DNA of 64,000 nt from Camelus dromedarius (GCF_036321535.1 NC_087447.1:32490001-32554000); one strand, 5' to 3'. Positions 49,401 to 62,943 are shown, counted from the first letter of the stretch. A program made the numbers and translations. The notes: generated by a model not told the origin, from the sequence alone.

Positions 49401-50459
49401 CCAGTAGAATGCATCTCAGGTGCCCCAAGGCTTTGATGTTATGCAAGCAAATCAGGAAGTAGAGCTGGAATTTAAAGGACAGTGTGATCCTCTCTCCTTC
49501 GAGGGAAAAAGGCCTTTTCATAGATTTGGTATTTAAAGCTTGGGCTTTGAATCATGAATAGTATTTTAGAAAGTGGAAATGAAGAAATATGTGGCATAGG
49601 AGTAGGCATTAATTTTTGTTGTGAATGCCAGCTTTTTAAGATATCCTTTAGTTTCTAAGCCCCTTGAGGGCAGGGATTATGATCTGTGTTATAGTCTTTT
49701 TCCTCTGTCTTACAGAGAATGAGCTCATTATGATTTACTTGACGATTAGCTTGATCCAACAGTCTTATTTTATATATGGGGACACTGTAGTGAGAAAGGC
49801 TAACTGACTTGCTCAAGGGCAGAGGGGATTTTCTAGCTTTCAGATGATGATGATGATGGAGAAAGCAGAGACAAGGAAAAGAAGGAGAAGAAGGAGGAGG
49901 AAAGGAAAATGTACTTGGTGTAATACATCCTCTTTCCACCTGGGAACTTATTTGAGATGGTTTTTCTGAGAATGGTCACAAATTCATCCTGATCCATCCA
50001 TCTGATCTTTTGCAAGGTTCTTATTAATAATGAAGAAGGTGACCTGTATAGGGAGGAACATACCTCCTCATTGTGAAAGAACAGAAGCAAATCAGTTTAG
50101 AGAATGAACATATGGCCTCAGCTGCCTTGAAATATGAATTCTATATCAACATGACACTCATAGAAGTTGTGTCTTACAAGACCTCAAGTGACATCCGCAG
50201 GCTCCAAACACCAAATTCTTCCCTCCTTGAAAGCCTCCCATTCAAGTCTGTCATGTTTATCAAGATACTGGAATCTTCCAGTCACACTTCTGTATCTTTG
50301 ACATATGCTATTTTCTGTATCATAGGGAACTGTGACAAGTGCCTAGTGCAGTGCCTGGTACATTGTATATGGTCAGGAAATGTTTCTTCCCACTTGGGTG
50401 CTATACTGTTGACTCATCTAGAGGCAATTCCTTCTGTTGCTCAGATCATTTAGTTTCAT

Positions 50460-50690
50460 CTGTGCATAGCTCACATGTTTGCTTCTTAATTTCTTTCACA
50501 ACTTCTTTCTCACATGGCCCTCACAATAAGCTGTCAAAGCAAGCAGGGCAGGCACATGTTTTCCTGGTGGTCAAATAATCATAGAGAGGTTAAATGGTTT
50601 GCATAAGAGACCATCACAAATCAATCCTAAAGCAGAAATTGGAATCCAGGTCTCCCGGATTGCTAGCTTTAGGCATTTCCTCCCATTAGT
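50460..50690 (-). mobile_element. MIR SINE
   Basis: 'ccctcacaataagctgt...tcatagagaggttaaatggtttgcataaga...agcagaaattggaatccaggtctcc'. Confidence 0.65.
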
Positions 50691-51498
50691 ATATTCAGAT
50701 ACTTCTAGGAAACAGCATTTCCCTCATTCACACACATAAGCCAGTTTACTCTAACAGGATTATGACTCTTATTTGGCTGCATAGGAGACTCTGCCTGGAG
50801 CTGTTCAAGCCCACTTATTCTGTTCTGACAAACATTTGCAATTATATGACTTTGAGTGACCTCACCTTGGTTCGTGTTCATCTAATATATTCAGTGCACA
50901 ACATCCTGCCTCTTGTTTATGCTGTCGTGAATCCTGATTTGCTCTAGTGTCAACTCCTTGATTTCACGAGCATGACTTCTCATTTAGGACATAAATGGTG
51001 AGGTTAACCCAAGTTTGGAGCCCACATTTGCCAATGATAGTATTTATTCTCCTGAATTCTCAACAGTTCTTTAGAGTTTTTTTCTCCACATCAAAGTGGT
51101 GTCATCCAGTCATCTCCTTAAGCAAATCATAGGCTCTGAAAAGCTAAAGGAATGATTTAGAATGGCCCTTGAGAGGTATTTCTATCCTTATTTTACTCAT
51201 GCAATAAAAATAGGGAAAGGAGTTTGTGTTAGAAATAGTAAATGAGTTAGTTGACCTAGAGTGTGGTCCTGGCTCCTCAGACCTTAGGTAGGTCATCTCC
51301 TCTGAGACCCAAGTATGTCTATAAAATGTGTATCTGAATACCTGTCCAGAAAACCTCAGATGGTTTGTGTCAGTTGGAAAGAAGATAAATAATGAGAATG
51401 TTTTGTAAACTCAAAATCACTTCACAGAGTGTGAAACATTCTCAGCATTAGGAAACTGAAGACTGAAATTGTAACTTTGCCCTGGAGGAACAATGTGT

Positions 51499-51748
51499 AC
51501 AGTGGTTTAGCATGGAGTTGGTGGAATCAGACTATTTAGATTTGAATTCTGGCTCTGTAGTTTACTAGACATGCAGGTCTTTTGGGCAAGTTACCTAGTC
51601 CCTCTATACTCCAATTGTTTTCTTCATTTGTTATACACATAATAAGAAGTTAACAAAAGCAATTATAGAGTAATTATAAAAATCAAATGGGTTAGCATGT
51701 AAAATACTTGGACAGATGGAAAGCCCTTAGTAACTGCTCAATAAATAA
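51499..51748 (+). mobile_element. MIR SINE, near full length
   Basis: 'cagtggtttagcatggagttggtggaatcagactatttagatttgaattctggctctg...ttgggcaagttaccta...gcatgtaaaatacttggaca...tgctcaataaat'. Confidence 0.88.
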
Positions 51749-54700
51749 GTCCCCAAGACCTAAGATTACTTTTATAACAAATTTAAACAAATTTGTGACT
51801 ATGGTAGAAAAACTGATTAAAAAGCTCCTTGAGCTGTGCAGTGAGTTAAGCTCCATGTAAGGTTTACCCAGGCCAGATGATGTCTGTAGAGAGGCTGGAA
51901 GACCTGCATGTAGGTTTTCAAGCACTCTGCATCTAGACCCGTGGTACCCACAGGTGAATAATACTGAGGTGGAAACAAATGGTAACCAGACAGGGGAACA
52001 GGGAGAAGCTCCCCTGTAGAAGCTGCTTAGACATTTGCCTAGAAGTATCAATATACCTTCAGTAGCATGGAGCAATTCAAAATCTTAAAGTTCATGTAGA
52101 AAAATCTCAGGCTGACTACACACCAAGTTGGCTTAATTTCAGTTGAACAAAGTGAGATTATTCTACCTTTGGCATTTTTCTTAAATGAGTGGGTGATAAG
52201 TAAAGTTATTTGTGTTTGAAAGTACAATATTTAAAAATCAAAGAAAATTAAAAATGAAAGTGATCTTAATTCTCATGTAAAGAGTGAGTAGTCATTTGCC
52301 TAAGTATCAGTTTAGAGGAAGAATCTAGCTCTTTCTGAGTGTATGTCAAGTAACTGTTATGCCATATAATTTGTTGTCTAGACATGCTTGTCCAGTGTGA
52401 ATAAATCTCAATTCTGGTTTTACTGTACATATTAAGGTAGAGATTAACCTAGTTGATCTTTATCTTTTAATTTCCTCATCTGTGAAATGGGATGTTATTA
52501 CTCAGTTATCTAAGGAAATGTTATTCTTATCACTTCAATTTCAACACAGTATAAAAGGAAATGAAGTTTGTATTTTCCTTCTGTGAAAAGTTTTTGCCTT
52601 AATTCTCTGTTGTGCAACTGACATTTAGTAAAATGTATACACTGTCTTTATAGCTATGTTTGTGTGTGTGTGTGTATGTATGTATGTAATGATTTCTCAA
52701 CCTAAATTATTTAGTGGACAGGGCTTTCTAGGTTTTGGCATATCATGGAGGTGTATACTTATATCCATAATTAATCTGCTTGTATCAAATCTTTTGGGAA
52801 GACTTTCTCAGTTTTTGAGGTTTTGTAATTTCTAGGCGTTATCCAATGACCTTGGATTAAAAGTTAAAAATGATATTTAAAATGTGTATCTCATTATATC
52901 TCTGCGTTTCTCAGGTAGGAATTACAACAGGAAGTAAATACTTAGTCTTCCCTTAGGGAATTCATGCAGCAGAGGGAGATCACAAAAGAAAGGAGCCAGA
53001 ATCACAGAAAAATCCATTTATCTCTGGTGTTATTGTTCACCAGGAATACATGGGTAAAACCTAGATAACATTAGGAAAGTCTGAACCTGAATCTCACTTA
53101 GATAAATAATTTAACTGTCATTCCTTACACCTCCTAGATGTTCTAGTCTCTGGTATATTCTCAGCAAATACGGTGGGTTGGGGTGTACAACTATAATCCA
53201 TGATTGAGATTAGCAAGGAGGAGGACCAGCATGGACACCTAGAATGGAGAGGAAGAGGCATATGATATGGGAAGAAATAGGCTCCAAGAGGAAAGGTGGA
53301 GAGCTTCAGAGATTTCACATTCTTGTCAGTTCTTGTGATTACCCACACTTCTTAGTTACCAGGCCTCCTAACCCTCTTGACTCCTCCTATACATCCTACT
53401 GCTAATTAGTGAATTAATTTGAAGATTTTGTAGACAGGGAAATTGATATCTAGAAAGACTAAGTGACTTGCCCAAGGTCACTGAACAGGGCCATTTGTAA
53501 ATGTGATTCTGGAGTCTCCTCTCACTTTGGGCGTCTTAGCAAAAACCAACATAGCCTGACTAGCTCTGTCCTTACCCCACCTCCTTTTAGCGGAAGTTTC
53601 AGTGCCCTCCGTGTAACATCTACCCTTCTGTTGTCATTATCATGCAGACTGTCTTGTTATTTCTTCAGTCCATTGCTTGTTCTGTTGATGATACAGAAAC
53701 TGATTTCCTGTAGATATTCACTCAGAGGCAAAGTCATTCTTCAAATGGAAGCATAGAAAAATATGGGACGTGGTATCTGTACTCTTTAACAAAAGCTTTA
53801 TTTTTATATTAGGCACAAGAAGTGCCACAACAGAGTTTGAGTAAAATTTCATAGACCTGGGTGCCAGGTGATCCAAGAGCTATATCTAGACCTGATTGAC
53901 CTTGAACAACCGCTTAAACCTCTTTTAGCCTTCATATAAATTAAAGATATTAAATCAAAATGTTGGAGTGAGGGTGAAATGACATAAAATATGTGTTACT
54001 TAGTATATAGTGGGCACTCAGTAAATACTTTATCACCTCCTTCCCTTCCCTAGAAGGAAAGGTTATTTTGAGTCTGGAATGATATAATAAATGTGAAAAC
54101 GTTTCAAGGAGTTAAAATGCATTTTACAAGAATTTGGAATCATTTTTATTTCTCTGAAACATGGGAAGGTTAAAAAATTGCCCTCTCTGAAATGGCATTT
54201 TACATAAATCTTCTGGTTGTAAAGCAACTTTAATCCAAAGAACATTTGCCTACCAGATAAATACAACAAATCATAGTGAGAGATGAGGTTGAGTTTTTCT
54301 GTATTGGCCTAATTTTTTCAGGCAAATATGGTGACTCTTCTGATGAGCTGTCTCTATCTACAGCATGCAGCCCCATCTATCTTGCCTGTGTTTGAACCTG
54401 GGGAACATTTTAATCAGGCCTGGACTTTTTGCTGAAAAGAACTTGCCTGTAAAGGAACCCCTTGATTTCTAGTTGTGCTGTGGGATTTTGTTTTATGTTC
54501 TGAACCCATTGTATGTCCTGGGCTCCCAGTGATATTTACTTATTTACTTGTCATACTTGGGGGTTGGGCTTAGAGCACATAAGCAGTCTTGGTGTTCAAC
54601 TAGAATTTTGAATTGGTACCCTCTCTTGAGTACCTTAAAGTCATTTACTAGTTACTATTGAAGGTTACTGGCTTGCAAAAATCACCAGGACAATATTTCC

Positions 54701-55107
54701 TTGCATATTTGCTTTTTGCAAATTTTGAGCAGGAAAAAGCTATTCTTAAATCACTTTCTGTACCTTTTCCTCTGTTTTGAAATAGTAGTTGATGGTACCA
54801 AGAGAGACTTCTCTGAGAGAATATATATTATCTGTGCTAGAAAAGAACAAAGGTTAAATTAAAGGAGCTGTCAAGGGCTGGAAGTGTTGCTTCTCTCTTC
54901 CATCTCAGCCCTCTTTTTCTTTAATCTCTCAGCATCTTCTATGGCTAAACAATGAGGTCGGCTCTCTCTGGCTGCAGTACACTTTTACTGTTTAGATATT
55001 CTTGTATCAATAGGATTATAACCTCAAACTAGAATTTTCAAAGAGGAACTTAACCTAATTTGTAAGCATTGCAAATTTTTTCTTCTATGGACATTTGCAG
55101 TTCCTGT

Positions 55108-55611
55108 TGTACATATCTTGGTTCTTGGTGGCCAACAATAGAAACTCTTTGATCACTGAAACAGAGTGGTAATTAATAGAAAAATATGATGGAGGTCATG
55201 AAATCTAAGGACAGGACAAAAAATGAGCCTCAGTAAAATGGTCAAAGACCAAATGGATAATCAGAACACCAATTAAAGTATCACCATTGTAACAGTCTAC
55301 TTTATGGTCCCACTGCAGCTTCCATTGGACACTGCTTGCCAGAGCTGGCACCACTACCACAGGACCTATGACATGCTTCTATCAGGGAAAGAAATTCTCA
55401 TTTGTCTTTTCTTCTATGTGCCATTTACTTCAGGGTCAAAGTCCTTATGGTATCTGATTGGACAAGACTAAGTCAAATGTCCAGATCCTAGCTTTCAGCT
55501 ACTGTAAGTGAGAAGTAAGGCTTTGCTTCCACCAGGACTCCAGAATTGGGAGATTCCATAATTCAAGGAATTTTGTTCAGATGTTGAACAACCAGGGTAA
55601 TGTCCATTATA
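55108..55611 (-). mobile_element. MLT1K/L-like MaLR LTR
   Basis: 'ttggttcttggtggccaacaatagaaactc...gtatctgattggacaagactaagtcaaatgtcc...agatgttgaacaacca...aatgtccattata'. Confidence 0.65.
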
Positions 55612-56199
55612 TCCTCATTAAAACAGCATTTGCAGAAACTTGTATTTCTGGGATGATGGAATAGACTTAGTTTTTATTATCCTTCCTCCTAAGGGCAACT
55701 AAAACCCTGGATATTATATATAAAATAAACATAAGATTCTGAAAAGTGAAGAGAAGAAGGTGGATGGCTAAAGAACTTCGGTCTGGAGGAACAACAGAGT
55801 GCTGAGTTCCCTGGGTATTCTTTGTGTCTCATATATCTCAGACCTGGAGCTGAAGAGGTCAGCAACCTGGAAGCATCCTAGGATGTTTACAGAGAAGCCC
55901 CACCCCTCACCCAAAATCCTGCTCTCTTTGGCCAAAGGGTCAGAAACAGGTCCAGAAGATCATATGGGGAGCCTTGACTTCCAACACCACCCAGCAGAAC
56001 TGAAGTGTCCCCCCCTCTCCCCATGGGTTTGTGTGAGAGGTAGCCTAGTGGAGAGTAAGGATTTTTTTAAAACCATCATTCACTGGTAACAAGGCAACCC
56101 CTGAGGTGGTGTCAGTGGATACAGAATGTCCACTCTAGCTTCCCCCCATGCTAGGAACCAGGAACAAATATATATATATTCCTTACTATACCACATATC

Positions 56200-56752
56200 T
56201 ATAGGTAACAAAATGTTTCTTAACTTAAATCTCACACCACATACAAATATTAACCTAAAATGGATCCTAGACTTAAAAGTAAAACATAAAACTAAAAAAC
56301 TTAGGGAAAAAAAAGGAAAGTCTTTGGTGTTTAGAAGTAAGCAAAGAGTTCTTAGATTTGACAACAAAAGCTCAATCCATAAAAAGAAAAATTGATAAGA
56401 AGAGATTCATCAAAATTTAAAAATTTTCTCTGTGACAGACCCTGTTAAGAAGTTGAACATTCAAGCTATACATAGTGAGAGAAAGTATTTGTAAACCACC
56501 TATTCAGCATATCTAAAATGTATGAAGAACTCTCAAAACTCAAACATTAAAAAAGACAATCCAATCACAGAATGAACAAAAGATATAAAGAGAAATTTCA
56601 GCAAAGAAGATGTACAGAATGAGAATAAATATATGAAAAAGTGCTCAACATAATTAATCACTAGGGAAATGCAAATTAAAAGCATAATGCAATATTGGTA
56701 CAAACTCATCAGAATGGCTAAGATAAAAAATAGTGACAATGCTGTGGAGAAA
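56200..56752 (+). mobile_element. L1 ORF2 3' fragment (L1MC/ME-type) within the L1 5' region
   Basis: ORF track 'LNLTPHTNINLKWILDLKVKHKTKKLREKKG' is L1 ORF2-like; 'cactagggaaatgcaaattaaaa...atcagaatggctaagataaaaaatagtgacaat'. Confidence 0.85.
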
Positions 56753-56810
56753 TGGTATATTATTTGGCTAGGCTTACTATAAAATACCACATACTAGGTG
56801 ACTTCAAAGC
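56753..56810 (-). mobile_element. Short MLT1/MST LTR terminal fragment
   Basis: 'gtatattatttggctaggcttactataaaataccacatactaggtgacttcaaa'. Confidence 0.55.
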
Positions 56811-57086
56811 TGTGGCTCAGAGATTTAGGATGGGAGTACAGGCAGGATCTCAAAACAGAGAGCGCCAAAGCTCTTCTCAAAGGATATTCCAGCTTCAGGG
56901 AAATCTTGGGGAAAAAAATGAAGATTTGAGTGGTAAGCAATTAAGAGGAGGTTTACAGTTCTATATAAGCTGTAAGATAAAGCATGGGCCAGCTGGTTTA
57001 CCAGACAGAACCAGGGAAAGAGACAGCTAAAAACAAGCCCTCAAAAGTCAAAGCAAATCTCAAAAAGTAGCCTCAAAAATGAAACT

Positions 57087-57783
57087 GAAAATAGACTTAC
57101 CCTACAATCCAGCAATACTGTTCCTGTGCATGTATCTGGAGGAAACTCTAATCCAAAAGATACATGCACCACAATGTTCATAGCAGCACTATTTACAGTA
57201 GCCAAGACATGGAAACAACCTAAATGTCCATCGACAGATGACTGGATAAAGCAGTTGTAGTCTATATATATATAATGGGATACTATTCAGCCATAAAAAA
57301 GCAATACAATAACGCCATTTGTAGCAGACATGGATGGACCTGGAGATTGTCATACTAATTGAAGTAAGCCAGAAAGAGAAAGAAAATACCATATGGCATC
57401 ACGTACATGTGGAATCTAAAAAAAAAAAGATACAAATGAACATATAAAACAGAAACAGACTCACAGACATAGAGAACAAACTTAATGTTACTGGGGGAAA
57501 GGGGAGGGTGGAGAGATAAATTGGGAGTTCAGGATTTGCAGACACTAATTACTATATATAAAATAGATAAACAACAAGGTCCTACTGTTGTTTCCTGAGC
57601 ACAGGGAACTATATTTAATATCTTGGAATAGCCTATAATGAAAAGGAATATGAAATGGAATATATATATATACATATATATATATATCAATCATTATGCT
57701 GTACATGAGAAATTAACACAATATTGTAAAACAATTATATTTCAATTAAAAAAATTAAATAATATACACAAAATAAAGCAAAC
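57087..57783 (+). mobile_element. Young 5'-truncated L1 (cetartiodactyl, camelid-like 3' UTR)
   Basis: ORF2 end, complete 3' UTR and A-rich tail; 11-bp near-TSD aaaatgaaact (57076-57086) / aaaatgaacct (57784-57794). Confidence 0.93.
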
Positions 57784-58861
57784 AAAATGAACCTTCTAAA
57801 AGAACCCAGATTTAGTTGAATCAGACTGTGCATGAATGCATGACCCAGAGAAATCAGCTGACAGTTAGTAGAGTCTAACAGCTGCCTATAACCTGGGAAG
57901 GTGGCAGTCACAGGTAGCTCTGAGGAAACACACCTGAGACTGAACCACTGGAGGAACAACAAGAGGCCTCACACTGTGAGGGAAGTAACTTCACTACAAC
58001 TATCCAGTCTGTCCCTAAAACTGGCAAGCACCATCACAAAGCTTCAGAATTGGGTGGTAGAGTGGGTGCTGGATGGGAATCAATGTCCAGAGTTGCTACA
58101 ATATATTATCTAAAATGTCCAGTTTTAAACAAAAAATTGCAAGACATAAAAAGAAACAGGAGAATGACTCATATACATAGAAACAATCAGGCAACAGAAA
58201 CTGCCTTTGAGAAGGCACAGATGTTAGATTTAACAGACTTCAAAGCAGCCATTATATTTGTCAAATAATTCAAATGTTCAAGAAATGTTCAAATAATTGA
58301 AGGAACCATACCTAAGTAACTTAAGGCACAAAGGAGGCAGGTGAGTGCAAAGTTGTATTGAAATAAATGAAGAAAACAAGAAATAATAAAACAATTATTA
58401 AAAGGATTTAAACATTACACTAGAAAATGTTCACTTAACATTAAAAAGACAACAAAGAAGAAATAGAGAAATAAAAATGATATGAGACAGGAAACAAGAA
58501 GTAAAATAGGAGATGTAAATATAACTACATAACATTTTAATAAGCATGTAATTCTTACTATGTATCTCAATTAAAGCTGCATGATAAAAAATCTGATTAT
58601 ATACATATAATGACGTTACCAGTCCAACATGTTTTTCCCATTTTATACCAATGTAAGCAGAATGATATAATGTTTATTTTTTTAATATTATGATCAGAGA
58701 ATATTATGAATTCATAATGAAAATTGTCAGTGATAGACTTTTTTTTTTGCAATTAATCAAGTTTTTCAAAGCGGTGAACAAATTATCAATGCCATGTAGT
58801 TAGAAAAAGGAAAAACAATATTTGAATACCTTATTTTTAACCAATTTTAAGATTCACTGAC

Positions 58862-59122
58862 AATAATGGCACGTTTACATGCACTCACGATGTAGCAAGC
58901 ACTCTTCTAAGAGCTTTCGTGTATTAACTCATTTAATTCACAAAACTCTATGAGGTAGGATCTGTTAGTGTATCTTTTTTTTTTTTCCCAGATGAGGAAA
59001 CTGAAGCACAGAAAGGTTAAATAATTTTCCCAATATCGCACAGCTATAAAATGGTGGGGCTGGAATTTGAATTTAGGCAATCCATCGTTATAAGCTATGC
59101 AGTTAAACACTATGCTTTCCAC
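58862..59122 (-). mobile_element. MIR SINE, near full length
   Basis: 'attaactcatttaattcacaaaactctatgaggtagg...cagatgaggaaactgaagcacagaaaggttaaataattttcccaatatcgcacagct...gctggaatttgaatttaggca'. Confidence 0.92.
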
Positions 59123-59249
59123 ATTAAGCGTGTTTTTCCTCCCTTAAAATAATACTAATTTACAGATAAGGCTCTGAGCCTATCAATCACATAAGTTGAG
59201 TACAGAAACATTTCCTCAGCATTTAGGAGTGTTAGGGCATTTCCAAAAC

Positions 59250-59420
59250 AGAAAGAATCATAGAAACCATTTAGTCTTATCCTTCATTTCACGGATGATA
59301 AGAGGTGATAAAACAGAGGACCAGGCATTACTTTTAGTCCAAGATCATATTATTGCTTAGTAGCTAGGCTTACCCTTGGATTCCAAGTTTCCTAGGTCTT
59401 AGTCGCACAACTTTTTCATC
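59250..59420 (-). mobile_element. MIR3-like SINE fragment
   Basis: 'aaccatttagtcttatccttcatttcacggatga...tccaagatcatattattgcttagtagc...ttccaagtttcctaggtcttagtc'. Confidence 0.55.
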
Positions 59421-61403
59421 CATAACAAATGGAAAAGTTACAACAAAGGCTTTCCATTGCAACTATCAGTTCAGCAAAAGAATGATCCTGACAGTTGTTC
59501 TGTAGTTTGGATCAAATCTCACTTTTTTTTAGCCTGCCTTGGGGATCGCGGGTAAATAAGGAAGGATTGAGCTAATAGGGGAAGGAGAGAGCCATCGATA
59601 ATGCTGCAGAAAGGTCAGGGCAAATAAAGACTGAGAGAAAGCACTTGAGTTTTCTGGGAGAATTTCACTGGGGATAATTATGAACTCTCCGGGAAGAAAT
59701 CAGGTGAAAATTTCAGAAATAGAGCTTGGTGGTGGAGGTGGGAGAAGTGAGTAGATATAAAAACTTCCCTTCTGATACATGGATACATGGATATATAAAC
59801 CAGAACAATCATGAAAAATGTAGAGATGAGGATAGCAAGATTTATATCCAATCCCTGTTGCCTGCTTACATGCTGGAATTCAGGCCTTAAATACTACTAG
59901 CAGATTGGCTCTTACTTGGTTAAGTGCCACTAGGAAAGTGCAGTTGAAGGTACCTCTCTCAGCTTCCTCATCTTTATTTTTCCAGAATCTTGTTCCTCCA
60001 AGTTATTTTATAGCCACCAAAATGAGTCACAACAACTTTATTGAAAATTTAAAATTGGAGTGAATTCCTGTCCTCTTTTTACCAACAAGGGTAATTTGGG
60101 GAAAGTCACTATCTCTCAGGGTTTAAGTGAATTTAAGTGAGATATATCACTTCCAGACTTTCCAGCACCTTTAAAATTGTGATGTGCCTTATAAATCTTA
60201 AAAAAAGAAAAAGACCTATAGCACATACTTTGCCAAACTTACTTGATCAAGGGAATTCCTTTTAGAAAGACCAACTTGTTGGGCATTGTGTTCCCAGCAC
60301 TTATTTCAGAACCCTCTCTTAGAAATATTCACTCTTACTTCATTTTTAAACATTTTGATGTAAATTTCTATTTCTATGTTCTCTCTGGACTAGGATTTTC
60401 CATATGCTCTATGGTCATCTTTCTAACAAGCTGATAGATATGAGCATCATGCCTACATTTTCACCTTTATCATTTAAAACGCTGAAGTAGAAATACTCAG
60501 TCATGGGTGTTTATAATCCAGTCATGTCTCATAATGTAACATCTTCTCCTTCATCATGATGAGCTGCTGAGGGCCTTATACCAAGGACCACGTGAGAAAC
60601 CCCAGGGGTCCTTCTGCTTGCAGAGCACAAAGGAGCTGATTCAGGAAACCAAGACTTTCCCTGTGTGATTTCCAGTTCAAAGGCTATACCAGCCTGGCTC
60701 TTGGATTGTGACATGGAATGCTCCCTGCATGTGACAAGGCTTAACAGATTACCCAGCCAGGGCAACACTGACTTTTGGTGTGTAGTGGTGTTCTTTGTTC
60801 AGTCTCTATCCAGACTTCTTAGTCTAACCTCCAAATTCCAGCCCTCTTTTTAATCGCAACTTCCCTTCCCAATCTGTCTTCAAGGACTTCTTTGATTATC
60901 AATTCACTGATTTGTCTATTGAGTGATTCATTAATTCAACAATTGTTTTCTATCTGGGAAGGCTTCACAGGAGATGACATTTGCCCTCATCCAGGGGCTA
61001 CAAAAAATTTGTAGCTTCTTCTCTGTGCCAGCAATGAGAATATACTCATGAATAAGCATAATCTACATCCATTAAATATGTTAAAGAAAGGAGGGAAGCT
61101 GAACTTGATTGCCGAAGTTTTGTCCTCATGTTTCTGTGATATTTATATGACCTTTGACTTTTTCTTTTAAATTTGTGTACATGTGTCTCTCGTATGTGCA
61201 TGTATTTTTATTTATCATTTTTAAAGTGTGAAGAGAAGAGTATAAGAATAAAAATGTATCCTTAATTGTACAGTCAGTGACCTGTATTGCACAAAAATTA
61301 ATGGAAATGTATACATGCCACTGGTAACTCTTGGGTATATTTTTCTTCCTATTCTTTTTTAATGCCTATCTGCTGTTTTTTTTACTCCCCATGTGGTGAC
61401 CAG

Positions 61404-61404
<1 letters not shown>

Positions 61405-61493
<89 letters not shown>

Positions 61494-61494
61494 A
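61405..61494. repeat. (TAA)11(TAG)18 compound trinucleotide microsatellite
   Basis: Directly visible. Confidence 0.98.
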
Positions 61495-61767
61495 GATAAT
61501 GCTTTTATCCCGTTCATACTATTTAAATGTATTAATAACTGCAAATATTTTAATGGCTTCATAGAATTCTACAAAAAAATTACCTATAGGTCTGTAGTGT
61601 GAGGGCTTATGTGCTGCTTTAAAAGTCTACAATTTATCTAAAAAAGAATCTCAAGATTAAACACACTTGTATGTTGTAGTTATTGGTCAACATGCCTGTC
61701 TTAGTTATCTAGCAGTACTGTATTTTGGTAAAAAAAAAAAAAAAAAAAGGCAATAGCTGTGACATCC

Positions 61768-62228
61768 TAGAGTGGATTGAATGGTGATTCCCCTCAAAAA
61801 GGTAAGTCCATGTCATAACCTCCATAATCCATGAATGTGGCTGTATTTGAAAAAACTGTTTCTGCAGATGTGATTAGGTGAAGGTTTTTGAGATGAGCTC
61901 ACCCTAGTTTATCCAGATGGGCCCTAAATCCAATGACATGTGTCCTTATAAAAGAAGATGAGGAGACAACTCAGACAGAGAGGAGAAAGTTTTGTGAAGA
62001 CAAAGCCAGAGACTAGAGTTTTGCAGCCGCAGCCAAAGAAGGCCTGGAGCCACCAAGGGTTGGAGAGGGAAGGGGAGATTTCCCCCACAGCCTTTGGAGG
62101 GAGCGTGACCCTACAAACAGCTTGATGTTGGGCTTCTCGCCTCCAGCACTGTGAGGCAAGATATTTCTATTGTTCTGAGTCCCGACTCTGTGGCAGTTTG
62201 TTACAGAAACCTATGGATACAACTTTAT
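61768..62228 (+). mobile_element. MLT1C-like MaLR solo LTR
   Basis: 'agtggattgaatggtg...tgcagatgtgattaggtgaagg...tttatccagatgggccctaaatccaatgacatgtgtccttataaaaga...cctggagccaccaag...cctccagcactgtgagg'. Confidence 0.92.
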
Positions 62229-62898
62229 AAACATTCTTACATGTATTTTATCATCATCAGAACTGCCAAATGGCCATTATCACCCGAGTAACACAAAGGG
62301 AAACTGAGAAGGCTAAATTGAAGCCAAAATGACACTAGATTTTGATTACTATAAAACTTAGTTTTAAGAAATCACTTCTGCAATGTGATTTGCTTTCAAC
62401 AAAGGAAGTTTGTCTTTGCTTTGGAGAGTGAAGCTGCTCACATATACAGTTTACGAAAATGTTAAAATATATTCCTAGCACCAGGGAAAATGGAAGAAGC
62501 CAGAACACACAAAACAGAACATGTAAATAATCCGGTGTCTGGATTATCCAATAGAATGTTGGGCTTCCTCCTTCCCTCCCCCATTTCAAAATTATTACAT
62601 AGAAATCACAACCCAACTTGATTATCAACAGCAAATCCTTATCATTTTCACTCACGCAGAGCAGCGTTTCCCATAAATATTCATGGGAAAATTTTTCCTT
62701 TCTACACATTCAAAATCCTTGCTTGATGGTCTGGTGTTAGATTTCTGGCACTGTTCAGTGTCAAGGGCACTGCAGCTTCCTCTGAACAAAACATCCTGGA
62801 TATCTGCAGAAATGCAGCTGTAGATGCAGACTTCACAGTCTTAAATCAAGAAGGCTTGCATTTGACAGAATCCTGCAAGTTGACAGACAAGCATATAG

Positions 62899-62943
62899 AC
62901 ACACACAGATACCACACACACACACACACACACGCACACACAC
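62899..62943. repeat. Imperfect (CA)n microsatellite
   Basis: Directly visible. Confidence 0.9.

Larger units (their letters stand above)
55645..58610 (+). mobile_element. Old L1M (L1MC-type) 5' region to ORF2 start, fragmented by nested insertions
   Basis: 5'-end-like 'caactaaaaccctggatattatatataaaataaacataaga'; 'ccagagttgctacaatatattatctaaaatgtccagtttt' at 58087 has a counterpart near 8985 in the other old L1. Confidence 0.7.

Noticed and set aside
61359..61562. Poly-tyrosine ORF
   Set aside because: Reverse-strand translation of the (TAA)n(TAG)n microsatellite.
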